Shown here in pieces: positions 1-11,111 of a stretch of 64,000 nucleotides of DNA. The notes under the pieces were generated by a model that made no database searches, was not told where the DNA came from, and saw nothing but the letters and a program-made list of their open reading frames with translations. Origin of the DNA: Eledone cirrhosa. Taxonomy: Eukaryota. Each line of letters starts with the position of its first letter. Within the stretch, counting starts at the first letter, position 1. The translations under genes were made by a program, and so were the position numbers. The stretch covers positions 161,634,001 through 161,698,000 of the forward strand of contig OZ024741.1 of assembly GCA_964016885.1 (NCBI GenBank), written 5' to 3'.

Positions 1-36
1 CACAGCTAAAGAGATGCGCAAAAGATTGAGAGGCGC

Positions 37-575
37 ATGATGGAAGCGTTCGCAGAGGGACCGTTAGCCGCTTTTGCTAAGCTGGCAAGAATTAGATGGA
101 ACGGTGAACGCGTGGACATTTTCACAGCGGAAATACGGCGATTGGCCATGTTGGCTGGATATCAGGTGGAATGCGAACGCACGGTGCGGTTGGCGTTCAT
201 AAATGGATTTCCAGACGACATAGCGGTGAAACTGCAGCAAGTCCCGGGTTACAAAGAAATGGAAATGCGTTCACTAGTGGAACAAGCCTGGATCATAGCA
301 GAAAATGCCAAGAAGAGTGTCGCGGCGATAGCAACTACAGAGGCTCAAGACAGCGAAATGGTGAAAGGGAGACAACCACAGCACGCGGTCGCCCGCGAAC
401 GTTTAGAGGTCGCTGTTTTAGGTGCCAGGACCCGCACATGGCTAGAGACTGTAGAGAGTCAAGGCCGGAAATAATATGCTACCGGTGTAAGCGACCAGGC
501 CACATCGCTACTAACTGCGACTGGGGAAATGATCCAAGGGGAACTACTGCGCCGGTAGTTGCCCCTTACGAGTAG
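37..575 (+). pseudogene. gag: Gypsy gag, split by a frameshift near 330-360
   Basis: ORF 37..474 holds the capsid-like part and ORF 171..575 holds the zinc knuckles in another frame. Confidence 0.85.
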
Positions 576-581
576 AGGCGC
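524..581 (+). promoter_or_regulatory. -1 ribosomal frameshift signal (slippery heptamer plus H-type pseudoknot) at gag/pol
   Basis: G GGA AAT at 524-530 is in the gag frame; 5-nt spacer; stem AAGGGGAACTAC (536-547) / GTAGTT-G-CCCCTT (555-567); loop GCGCC (549-553) is complementary to GGCGC (577-581); pol is in the -1 frame. Confidence 0.8.
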
Positions 582-586
582 TGCCC

Positions 587-3409
587 GTGGTGGAAGTCTT
601 CGTGAGGGGAAAGCCACAGCGAGCCCTCGTGGATACGGGCTGTACGATGACACTGGTGACCGCGGGGGTGGAGCAGAGGTGGAGAAGGAAGAGCAGCGTA
701 AGGGCACTCGACGGAAGGAAAATTGAATGCCGTGGTCGCAGCGAGGTGGAGATAGCGGTACGGGGAAGGAAAATAAGGCTTTCTGCCATTGTAGTTGATA
801 ACGTGGTGGATGGGATCGGCGTGGTTATGGGCATGGACGCAATTGGCTGTCTAGGAGGCGTCACAGTGAACAACGTCGGTGTGTCGTTTGGCGGCGCTGC
901 ATCGGTATGCGCTGTGAGAACGCGACAGGAGAACCAGAAGGCCCACGAGGAGAAATACCCCGCTTACACTGTGCAGGACAAAGACTTCAAGGCCGTGTTC
1001 GATGGGCAGCGATGGGTTGTTGAGTGGTACTGGAAGGGAGAACCACCAACACTGAAGACCAAAGTGGGCTGCTATCAACACACATTGAAGGGAAACATTA
1101 GGAGCGAGTTCGAGCGAGAGGTAGAGAGATGGATTGAGGAGAGCATACTGCTTCCCTGGAAAGAGGAGGTGAAGTGTGGAGTATTGCCGTTAATGGCGGT
1201 GGCGCAACCCACGGAGAACAAGGTGAGGCCGGTGCTGGACTTTCGGGAGCTGAACGAGCACGTGTCATGCCACACGGGTGGCGAGGTCACGGATATCTGT
1301 GGGGAAACCCTGCGTGAGTGGAGACGCATGGCGGGTTCAGTAATCGTAGATCTAAAGTCGGCATACTTGCAATTGCATATAGATGAGAAGCTCTGGCAGT
1401 ATCAGCTGGTCAGGTATAAGGGCCGGACATATTGTCTGACCAGGCTCAGTTTCGGGCAGAGCTCCGCACCGAAGATCATGGCGGCGGTCCTCAAGACCAT
1501 TCTGGGAAAGGCCGACAAGATGAAGAGGGCCACTAACTCCTACATTGACGACATCCTAGTGGACTAGTCTGTGGTGTCGGTTGTCACGAGCCATTTATAC
1601 ATTGACATCCTAGTGGATGAGTCTGTGGTGTCGGCGGTCACGAGCCATTTACAGGGGTATGGACTGGCTGCGAAGCCGTCAGAAGCGTTCGAGGGAGGCT
1701 CCGCGCTGGGACTTAGGCTACGGCAAGACAGGACAGGCGTCTTGGTATTCCAGAGGGGAAATGAAGTTCCAGAACTGGGCCCAAGTATGAGTAGGCGGGA
1801 GCTTTTCTCGGTGTGTGGAAAGTTGGTGGGTCACTACCCGATTGCTGGGTGGCTCTGGACGGCATGCAGCTATGTCAAGAGACGAGCGGGAGGGGTGACT
1901 TGGAGTGACAGAGTGGACGGTGGCCATGATGCAGGAGATCGTGGGGAGGGTGAAGGCCAACGACCCAGTGCGGGGACGCTGATATGTTCCCAAATCGCAG
2001 AGCGGGACCGTATGGTGCGATGCCAGCAGCATAGCGCTGGGTGTCACGTTGGAGATAGGTGTTGAGGTCGAGGATGCAGCCTGGCTTAGGAAGAAGGACG
2101 ACTGCAACCACATCAATGTGGCCGAACTGGACGCAGTGTTGAGAGGGGTGAATCTCGCCCTGAGGTGGGGACTGCGCACCATCGAGATACGCACCGACTC
2201 GGTTACTGTACTCGGATGGGTGAGATCAGTGCTCACCAGTGAGAAGAGAGTGCGAACAAGAGGGGCAGCGGAGATGCTGATAAAGCGCCTCCTGGGAACT
2301 TTAGGAGAGCTGGCCACCGAGTTCGACCTGAGGCTGAGCGTAGTTTTCGTGCCCTCAGAGAAAAATAGGGCATACATCCTAACTAGGGTGAAGAAAGCCT
2401 GGATGGAAGCACCGGAGGAGGTAGATGAGATAGTTGCCGTGTGTCGGCTGATGGAGTCTGATCTGAAAGGGTTGCATGACATGCACCACATGGGAGTGGA
2501 TAGGAGCCTGTTCCTAGCCAGGAGAATCGACTCGGATGTTAACAGACACAGTGTTCAAAGGGTGGTTAGAAGCTGCGTCCGATGTCAGTCCATTGATCCT
2601 GTCCCGGGTGTGCACGAAACGGGAAGCCTCCCTGTGGATCGCGACTGGAAGCGATTGGCGGTGGATGTAACGCACTACCGACAGGGAACGTACCTCTCGA
2701 TGGTCGACTGTGGACCAGGACGGATGGCGATATGGAGGGAGTTGAAGACTGGAACGGCCGAGGAAATCATGCAGACGTTGAGAGAGGTGTTCTTAGAGCC
2801 GGGCCCTGTGGTCGAACTGCTGATGGACAACAGCGCAGCGTTCCACTCGGAGGTGCTGAGGGAGATGCTCGATGGATGGGAGGTGGACCGTTTCTTCAGA
2901 GCAGCGCACAGGCCGAGCGGAAATGGAATTGTGGAGCGACATCACCGGACGATCAAGGCAATGGCGGAGCGGAGCCATATCTCACCAATGGAGGCAGTGT
3001 TCTGGTACCTGTCCCCTCGGGTGGAACAGGTCGAGGAATCGGTGCCACACAGAGCAGTATTCAGATACGAGTGGCGGCACCCGTGCACGCCTCCACAACG
3101 GCCAGTGGGGAGAGAGAGTGCATTCGTGCAGGTGGGCAAAGAAGTCTGGGTTAGCCCCTAGATGCACGTTGCACATCTCAATGGGGAAGGGGAACGGTGA
3201 CAGCCATAAATTCCCAGAACAATGTGTCCATGGACGGAGTACCACGTCATGTCCTGGATGTCCGTAGAATCACTATGTCAACAGACTCCGAGGAAGAGGA
3301 AACCCAAAGTGCCGCCCCAACACTGCGGAGATCGCAAAGAAGTCGCAAACCACCAACCTGGACAGCAGACTTTCATATGCAGAAGGACGAGGGGGAAATT
3401 GATCCTTGA
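587..3409 (+). pseudogene. pol: Gypsy pol (PR-RT-RNase H-IN) with stops and frameshifts
   Basis: ORFs 587..1567, 1571..2065, 2049..3161 and 3197..3409 carry consecutive pol motifs. Confidence 0.92.
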
Positions 3410-3433
3410 GATCAGTGGGGGGGGGGGGGGGCG

Positions 3434-3712
3434 TGTGGGTATGGTGTGACGTACGGTGGCCGGAAGCTGGGGAGTGCTCGACCGGAAGAGTGCTTGACCG
3501 GAAGGGTGCTTGGCCAGACGGGTGCTCGACCGGAAGGGCCAGCAGATCGGTCTCTCTCTAGTGGTGACCAGGAACGGTGTGGACGCGAGTTTTGGCAGCT
3601 CCCGGTGTTAATGAGTTGGACGCACGTGGAAGAGGAGAAACCAGCAATGGGATTTAGCGGCGCCTATGAAAAGCGGTAAGTGAGATAGCTTTTTCTAACC
3701 ACAGGTACCACA
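3434..3712 (+). repeat. 3' LTR (~280 bp) of Gypsy copy 1
   Basis: Starts TGTGG directly after the G-run PPT and ends CCACA; both ends resemble the LTR at 7857-8117 (-). Confidence 0.75.
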
Positions 3713-4125
3713 ACATCCCATCCGAAACAAATGAGGTCGTGTAGGTGTCACAACAAAAAAACACAGTCCACACTGTAATGTGGCCGTGTAGGTAACACAG
3801 TAAAAACCTCCCAGCCCACACTGTAAACGTGGTTGGTGTTGGGAAGGGCACTCAGCCGTAGAAAACCCGCCAGACGTGTAGGTGTCACGACAAAAAACAC
3901 ACACAGTCCACGCTGTAATGTGGCCGTGTAGGTAACACGGTAAAAACCTCCTAGTCCACACTGTAAACGTGGTTGGTGTTAGGAAGGGCATCCAGCCGTA
4001 GAAAACCCGCCAGACAGTCCTATACGAGCAGGACAACAAATCTTGCCTCAAGTGGGAAAACTCCCGTCCAAACCCATGCAAGCGTGGAAGATAGACGTTA
4101 AATGATAATCATGATGATGATGATA
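3713..4125 (+). mobile_element. SINE-like element with RTE-type 3' end and (GAT)n tail; internal ~138-bp tandem duplication
   Basis: Core GGTTGGTGTTAGGAAGGGCATCCAGCCGTAGAAAA occurs twice (3738-3875, 3876-4016); a colinear single copy lies at 10459-10722. Confidence 0.75.
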
Positions 4126-4194
4126 TATCATCATCATCACATCAATTTTCTATACTATCATAGGTTAGTCGAGTTGTTCAGTTGTGAGACAAGT

Positions 4195-4325
4195 CAGTTC
4201 AGATGACCGTGTCTTGCTCATACAGAATCGTTTCTGACTCGATTTCTACGGCTGGATGCACTTCCAAACGCCAACCACACTTACAGTATTGACTGGTGCT
4301 TTTATTTTCCATGCTTGCATGGGTC
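4195..4325 (-). mobile_element. SINE fragment (AGGAAGGGCATCCAGC core family)
   Basis: Reverse complement of the same core; similar fragments at ~17700-17850, 46775-46900 and 53610-53720. Confidence 0.6.
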
Positions 4326-4618
4326 ATACATACGTGTGTGTGTAAAATGAAAGTGTTAAGTAGGAAAGACACAGGACTCAGATACCGTCGGAGAAATGGC
4401 CTTGTCAAATTTGTCGAAAAACGGTGAGCTGAAATTTCATAAGGTGCACACAGTGCAATTTATGGAGGCAAGAGATGTAGTGGGATTATAGGCAGGTTAT
4501 CGAAAACGGTAGACGCAGAGAAGGAATAGGCATTAAGAGCACACGTGAAATATATTCCCTCAACTACTAGGGACACTTCCTAGAAGTTGGCAGCTTTTGC
4601 TACCAAGATGATATTTAT

Positions 4619-4649
<31 letters not shown>

Positions 4650-4883
4650 CTCTTGGGGGGAGGGGGGCTAGACGTTTGCTAACTAGGGAGACACCGTAGT
4701 AATGCCATGCTTGTTTACTGAATTTATGGTGAAATCATCTTGTTCATAAAAACACAATTTATATAATAAACATCATACTAACAGACAAAGGTGAATTTTC
4801 TATTTATTTTTGAAATATTGTTTTAAAAAATCACCTATATATTTATACAGGTATACGATATATGTACCGGGTAATGTTAATGG

Positions 4884-4917
<34 letters not shown>

Positions 4918-5879
4918 GACAAACACAGATACAAAAACAATTATATTGTAAAACAAATACAAAATTATTACATAACTATTAGTCACAGTAAAGAAATATT
5001 TTAAGTCGCTTATCAAATAAACAATTTTCTAAAGAGAGAAAACTGCGAGAAGGTATGCGTACAATTCACTGCAAAGAATAGACTATTAATTTTTAAATCA
5101 AGATAACACACGAGCAGCATTGTCGCCGGTTATATATGATTGATATACGTATGATGTCAGAAGTTATACTGATGTATAAATTAGAATTTTCGAACAGGCT
5201 CAGGGTAAAAGAAAAGAAAAGAATTACATATTGATGTTGAAAACAGTTTTCACATATTTCTATAAAATGGCATATTAAATTGAAGTAAATGAAATTAAGT
5301 TGTTTATCCCGATAAGTCGTAAATCACCCAGGCAACATGCTTCTTTATTTATATAATGTCCCCACCAAAAAAGCACTACGGCACCATTTCAAACGAGTCA
5401 TATAAATACCGTAAGATACTCTACCTTAATTGTTACACTTGTTTATATTTATTTCATCTACACTGGCATTTGACATAGGGGCGGTCATATATAACAAATC
5501 TTTTCTGAATAATGTAAGACACAAAGTAATATAATCCTTGCTTATATCTTCTATCATACTGCACCACGTAACCCACAAGTGTTGGTGGAGTTACCGCCCG
5601 TGATTACCATTTCTCACCTTCAAACACGTGTTAAACAGAACATGTGTTAAGTTTTATTTACAGTTGTATAAATAATATTACAAATTGTCCGCAATTCTTA
5701 CAAAATGAAAATATAAACACATAATAAATGCTATTAACTATTGCTAGTAACCCCACAAATATAACGCACCAAAATATACAATCAGAGCTAGAGAAATAAA
5801 AATAAAAAGGAAAACAAAAATAAAAACGATCATCAATTCACAACCAACTGTGATAATCAGACGCACATCAAAAAGGTCA

Positions 5880-6600
5880 ATGGAAATATTTGATGATGGC
5901 GAGGTTAAAGTGCTCAAACAACCAGGCACCCTCCCGGGCTTCACCTCAGTAAGGCGAGCCGTCAACGATGACAAGAACTTCGCCGTGAGCGGCCCAACTC
6001 CACCAAACATCTCGAAAGTTCGAAAGTCACAGACTCGAAAAAATAATATTTTTTGGCAACGGAAGCAGTGACCCTCACATTTACTACGGCATCTATGATG
6101 TGGGAGGGAGTAAAAAAATCACTGACTGTGGCGTCACAGATGAGACACTTGCCTCTTACCCAGGGAAAAAGGGTCAGACTGTCTGGTCTCTTCCCATCAC
6201 TTCTGATAATCCAGCCGGCTCCAGAACTGAGGGGATATTTACCTGAGCTAGGGTGCACTTAATGATCAGGTTTATCTTGGTGTGGCAAATGAAGTGACTA
6301 GCATTCAGGTGGCAGGACAGATCATGGAGGCCTGTGAAGTCGAGGGTCCTACCACAGCGACATCTCACCTCCACAGACGTTGGCTTCCACATGGAGTACA
6401 ATGCGGAGCTCATCCTGACTGAGAAGATCACCAATGCTGGTCACAGGCAGAGCATCAATCAAGTCCCCTGAGAACTTTGTGCTTGCAGAAAGTAAGTGGC
6501 ACCAAGAAAATTGATCAGAATGATCAAAGAGAGAATTAAAACTTTTGCTTGAACACAGATTGTCCCATATTCTGTTTCCATCTATCCTCATCAGTATTGG
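5880..6600 (-). mobile_element. CRE-clade non-LTR retrotransposon 3' remnant (zinc knuckle plus restriction-like endonuclease)
   Basis: Frameshifted motifs: SGDLIDALP..IG.LL, CRCGRTLDFTGLHDLSC, H..IN.II, DGKRPDSLTLFPWVRGKCLICDATV, KKY, FE.FG..G.....FL. Confidence 0.8.
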
Positions 6601-6604
6601 GAAC

Positions 6605-8117
6605 TGGCTTCCAGTCACCTCCTCCACACCACCACACCATCCCCACACACCTCCCTGATCTCAAGGATCAATCTCCCCCTCACACTGCTGCATGTGATAA
6701 TCTGCCGTCCAGCCAGGCGGAGGGCGATCTCGTTGCGATCTCCCTAATGCTGGGGCGGCGCTTTGGATTTCCTCTTCCTCGGATTCTACGGACATCCAGG
6801 ATATGACGTAGCACTCCGTCCACGGACACGTTATTCTGGGAATTTACGGCCGTTACTATTCCCTTTCCCCATTGAGATGTGCAGCGTGCATCTGGGGGCT
6901 TAACCCAGACTTCTTCGCCCACCTGTACGAATGCATTCTCTCTCTCCACTGGCCGTTGTGGTACAGTGCACGGGTGCCGCCACGCATATCTGTATATTGT
7001 TCTGTGTGGCACTGATTCCTCAGCCTGTCCCACCCGAGGGGACATGTTGTACCAAAACACTGCCTCCATTGGTGAGATGTGCTCCCGCTCTGCCATTGCT
7101 TTGATTGTGCAGTGGTGTCGCTCCACGATTCCATTTCTGCTCGGCCTGTATGCTGCTCTGAAGAAGCGGTCCACCTTCCACCCATCAAACATCTCCCTCA
7201 GCGCTGTTGTCCATCAGCAGTTCATCCACAGGGCCCCGCTCCAAGAATATCTCTCTCAATGTCCATGTGATTTCCTCCGCAGTTCCCGTCTTCATTTCCC
7301 TCCATATCGCATCTGGCACACTCAACTTCAGGTCAAACTCAGCAGCCAGCTCTCCTAGAGTTCCCAGGCGGCGCTTTATCAGCATTTCCGCCGCCCCTCT
7401 TGTTCGCACTCTCTTCACACTGGTAAGCACTGATCTCACCCATCTGAGTACAGTGGCCGAGTCGGTGCGAATCTCAATGGTGCGCAGTCCCCACCTCAAG
7501 GCGAGGTTCACACCTCTCCACACCGCGTCCAGCTTGGCCACATTAATGTGGTTGCAATCATCCTTCTTCCTGAGCCAGGCTGCATCCTCGACCTCGACAC
7601 CTCCTATCTCCAGCGTGACACCTAGCGCTATGCTGCTGGCATCCCACCATACGGTCCCGCTCTGCGATTTGGGGACATACCAGCATCCTCGCACCGAGTC
7701 ATCGGCCTGCACCTTCCCCACGATCTCCTGCATCATGGCCACCATCCTCTCTCCCACTTTGTCACTCCAAGTCCGCTCGTCTCTTGACATAGCTGCATGC
7801 CGTCCGGAGCCACCCAGCGATTGGGTAGTGACCCACCAATCTTCCACACGCCGAAATACCTTGTAATAAGAAAGCTACTGCACTTACCACAATTCTGCTA
7901 GCTCACTCAGTGAGCCATGCCTCATCCACGTGGGTATAATCCATTCGCCAAGTTGCAGCTCGCATTCGCACATCCGTCCGTTGCGGGTCACAGCCGAAAG
8001 AGAGCCCACAGATGCTCCTGGGTACGCATCTCACGTCACTTCCTCTTCCGCCTCCGGTCAATCGTCTCCAGCTTCCAGTCATCTCCTCCTCCTCCACACC
8101 ACCACACCATCCCCACA
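6605..8117 (-). mobile_element. Second Ty3/Gypsy copy of the same family, internally deleted
   Basis: RNase H and integrase peptides are near-identical to copy 1. The 5' LTR is fused directly to the RT connection region; a further deletion near 7315 removes the integrase HHCC region; PPT plus only ~45 bp of 3' LTR remain at 6605-6655. Confidence 0.92.
7857..8117 (-). repeat. 5' LTR of Gypsy copy 2
   Basis: Begins TGTGGGGATGGTGTGGTGGTGTGGAGGAG, which recurs after the PPT at 6605-6647. Confidence 0.8.
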
Positions 8118-8617
8118 AGAACAATACCTTAACATCAGTATGAGTGGCCAGTTATAGTTCGTCAAAACTGCAGAAGGTTGAGATCTGAAGAGCATAATTT
8201 AATGATTGTGACCTGTTCACTTTCATACATTTTTTCTTCCTTCCTATCTTCTGTTTCTTCTTTCGAGTCGAGTCAAGTCAACTCACATTGAGCCGCTGTT
8301 CTCTGTCCTTCGAGGTAATATTTGACCCAACTTGCTGTTCTAACAGCTTCCATACGCCGAATTTTCCCATTTCCTGAGAATCCTAATACACTCACGTCTC
8401 AAAACTCTATTTTTGAGTTAATTTGTTTATATATATATATGTATATATATATATAAAAGAAGAAAATTTCTCTCTACATGGCTGAATACAATAAATGTAA
8501 TCTGAGTTTTTTGAATATTAATAACATTCGATTCATTTGCAATTATGCAAACAAGCCTCAATTTTATAGCCATGTCAGTAGAATGAACACTTCATTCTTG
8601 CTCTTATGTTGGCATGC

Positions 8618-8679
8618 GAACAGAACTGCAGACACTAATGTTTCTGGGTATCACCCTTCATCAGTGCAGCTCACTGTTC
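8618..8679 (-). ncRNA. Type-I hammerhead ribozyme, complete core
   Basis: Minus strand reads gaacagt-GAGCTGCA CTGATGA a-GGGT-gat-ACCC-a GAAA cattagtg TC TGCAGTTC-tgttc: 8-bp stem I plus extension, 4-bp stem II, GUC site. Confidence 0.88.
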
Positions 8680-8809
8680 ATATATATAGAGATACATAGA
8701 CACTCACATATATATATCTAAACACACAGGCATACACATATATATAAGCACACAGGCATACACACATATATATATATATATATATAAACACACACACACA
8801 TAAATGGAA

Positions 8810-9092
8810 TCACTCCGTCAGTTATGACGATGAGTGTTCCAGTTGATACTACCAACAGAACAGTCTACTTGTGAAATTAACGTACAAATGGCTGTGCATT
8901 CCACAGACACGCGTACCCTTTACATAGTTCTCAGGGAGATTCAGTGTGACACAGTGTGTGATGAGACTGGTCCTTCAAATTACAGGTACAACTCATTTTT
9001 GCCAGCTGAGTAGACTGGAGTAATGTGAAATAAAGTGAATTGAACTCACACCTTTACAATTGTGAGCTGAATACACTAACCACATGCTTTCA
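8810..9092 (-). mobile_element. tRNA-derived CORE-type SINE
   Basis: Shares CTCATTTTTGCCAGCTGAGT..ACTGGAG.AATGTGAAATAAAGTG and a tRNA-like head with copies at 15285-15615 and 37270-37552. Confidence 0.7.
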
Positions 9093-9138
9093 CACACATA
9101 AATACACATATAAACACACACTCATATATATATATATA

Positions 9139-9518
9139 TTAGAATTGGTGTTCTGAAATAGCGATATATATATGAGAATGTATATATAGTGTATTTTGCA
9201 ATACACTGTATGCTTAATTAAAAGCATTTCGAAGACCTTACGCTATTGTTTTAGAGTAGTGACAGTCTCACTTACTTCAATTTTCAGCAAACAGGGGAGA
9301 TAAAGCTGATAGAGCTCTGTTTCGAACTGTTTGGTGCTTATCAAAGCTAACTACTCCGCCTGTTTGCTGAAAATTATGAATGTTTGATTCTTATAGAATT
9401 CCAGTAATAATCAGGAACTGATTATACAGAGCGGTTGCCGGTCAAGCAGAAATTGAAAATTAGAATTGGTGCTCTGAAATAACGATATATATATGAGTGT
9501 ATATATAGTGTATTTTGC
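9139..9518 (-). mobile_element. Retrozyme-like unit: ~60-bp direct repeats 321 bp apart around a degenerate hammerhead
   Basis: TTAGAATTGGTG...GTATTTTGC occurs at 9139 and 9460; a hammerhead-like motif lies at 9279-9375 (-). Confidence 0.6.
9279..9375 (-). ncRNA. Degenerate type-I hammerhead in a long stem I
   Basis: agct TTGATAA gcac-caaaca-gttc GAAA cagagctcta TC agct, enclosed by a 17-bp inverted repeat AATTTTCAGCAAACAGG/CCTGTTTGCTGAAAATT; two transitions in the core. Confidence 0.6.
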
Positions 9519-9529
9519 CATATAATTTT

Positions 9530-10330
9530 GTATATAGTGTTTTGCAAAATGGTCTGGTCCCCTCTGGGAAATGGCCATGCTCAGTGTGTAGGAAAGGAGT
9601 AGGCAGAAACTCCATTTTATGTCCCAAATGCAAAGTATGGGTGCATAAAAGATGTAGTGGGATCACTGGTAAGCTAACTAAGAACATAGATTTTATATGT
9701 GTCCGGTGCTCAGGTGCAATAAGTAGCAGCAAGTGCCCACAGGATACTAGCTCCTTCCATTGCACAGATGGTTTTATAGAAAAAGTGGGCACCTTCCGTT
9801 ACCTGGGTGACAAAATCAGCAGTGGTGGAGGGTGCTCTGAAAATACAGTAGCCAGAGTCAGAGCGGGATGGAAAAAGTTCAGAGAGCTTATACCACTATT
9901 GGCCGCTAAAGGTTTCTCTCTAAAAATGAAAGGTAGACTGTATGATGTCTGCATACGAACAGCAATGTTACATGGCAGTGAGACATGGGCCTTGTGTGCA
10001 GAGGATGTACGCAGACTGGAGAGGAACGAAGCTTGCATGCTCCGTTGGATGTGTAATAGTAATATACGTGAACGGCAAAGCATAAATGAACTAAGTGAGA
10101 AATTAGGAATAAGAGGGATCAGATGCTGTTTACTCGAGAGAAGACTATGTTGGTATGGTCACATGATGCGCATGAAAGATGGCAGCTGTATAAAAAGGTG
10201 CGTGCAGGGCGATCAAAATAGATGGAAGCTATGGAGTAGGCAGACCCAGAAAACCTGGGACGATTTGATAAATTCCGACCTTACACCTCTCCAAGACAAT
10301 GTAACTGCACCAAGATCTTTGGCGCTACAC
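9530..10330 (+). mobile_element. RTE-clade LINE 3' fragment (PHD-like finger plus RT C-terminus)
   Basis: ORF 9515..10396: CSVC..CPKC..HKRC..CVRC, FRYLG, MLHGSETW, RRLCWYGHMMRM. Confidence 0.9.
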
Positions 10331-10458
10331 AGTAATACAGAAGACCCACCTTGTCTAAGTACAAAGCGAAACCTACAGTCAGTAGGCACCTCTTAACCAA
10401 AAATACACCCTCATCCCACTACGCCTACCCCACCCCTTTCTCTGTAAAGTTATGTTGT

Positions 10459-10722
10459 TACCACAACATCCAATCCTAAATAAATGAGGTTGTGTAGGTA
10501 CACACAGTCCACGCTGTAATGTGGCCATGTGGGTAACACGGTAAAAACCTCCCAGTCCACACTGGAAACGTGGTTGGTGTTAGGAAGGGCATCCAGCTGT
10601 AGAAAACCTGCCAGACAGTCCTATACAAGCAAGACAACCAATCTTGCCTCACGTGGGACAATTCCCGTCTAAACCCATGCTAGCGTGGAAGATAGACGTT
10701 AAACGATGATGATGATGATGAT
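10459..10722 (+). mobile_element. SINE-like element with RTE-type 3' end, same family as 3713-4125
   Basis: Colinear similarity to 3713-4125 and a (GAT)n tail. Confidence 0.75.
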
Positions 10723-10808
10723 AATATATATATATATATATATATAAAATATATATATATGTTATGGAATACTATTAGCTTATTGCTAAAACAATTTCTA
10801 TACCTTTC

Positions 10809-10849
<41 letters not shown>

Positions 10850-10852
<3 letters not shown>

Positions 10853-11066
10853 TGGCTGTCAACCCGTTTTCGAGTACGGCTATCCATGTAGGAGAACCCC
10901 TACCGATGCGCTGAACGAGTGTGACTTTTTAGTCCAGCCAGCGACTTGAAAACTCTGGTACAAACACTACACTTGTGACAATTATTGACACATAGTGCTA
11001 GGCCCATGGTACTATGTGACGACAAGTGCAGAGAGATCTCCAGATATAAAGCAATGCCTGTGCCGT
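10850..11066 (-). mobile_element. 5'-truncated RTE/BovB-type 3' end (C2H2 finger) in (TA)n
   Basis: [26 protein letters not shown]; matches 23964-24189; TA runs on both sides. Confidence 0.8.
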
Positions 11067-11111
11067 ATGTATATATATATACATACACACACATGTATGT
11101 ATATATATATA

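Larger units (their letters stand above)
1..3712 (+). mobile_element. Ty3/Gypsy LTR retrotransposon, decayed; 5' end lies outside the window
   Basis: Domain order gag (two CCHC knuckles CFRCQDPHMARDC, CYRCKRPGHIATNC) - protease (ALVDTG) - RT (DLKSAYLQL, YIDDILV) - RNase H (AELDAV, RTDS) - integrase (H..HH...CVRC, D/D/E), followed by a poly-G PPT and a TGTGG...CCACA LTR. Confidence 0.95.

Noticed and set aside
1718-2491. 257-aa antisense ORF (also 7207..7866)
   Set aside because: It is a shadow of GC-rich Gypsy pol with no recognisable domain.
6560-6602. CTGATGA...GAAA on the minus strand
   Set aside because: No stem II pairing and no UH site; it lies in CRE coding remnant.
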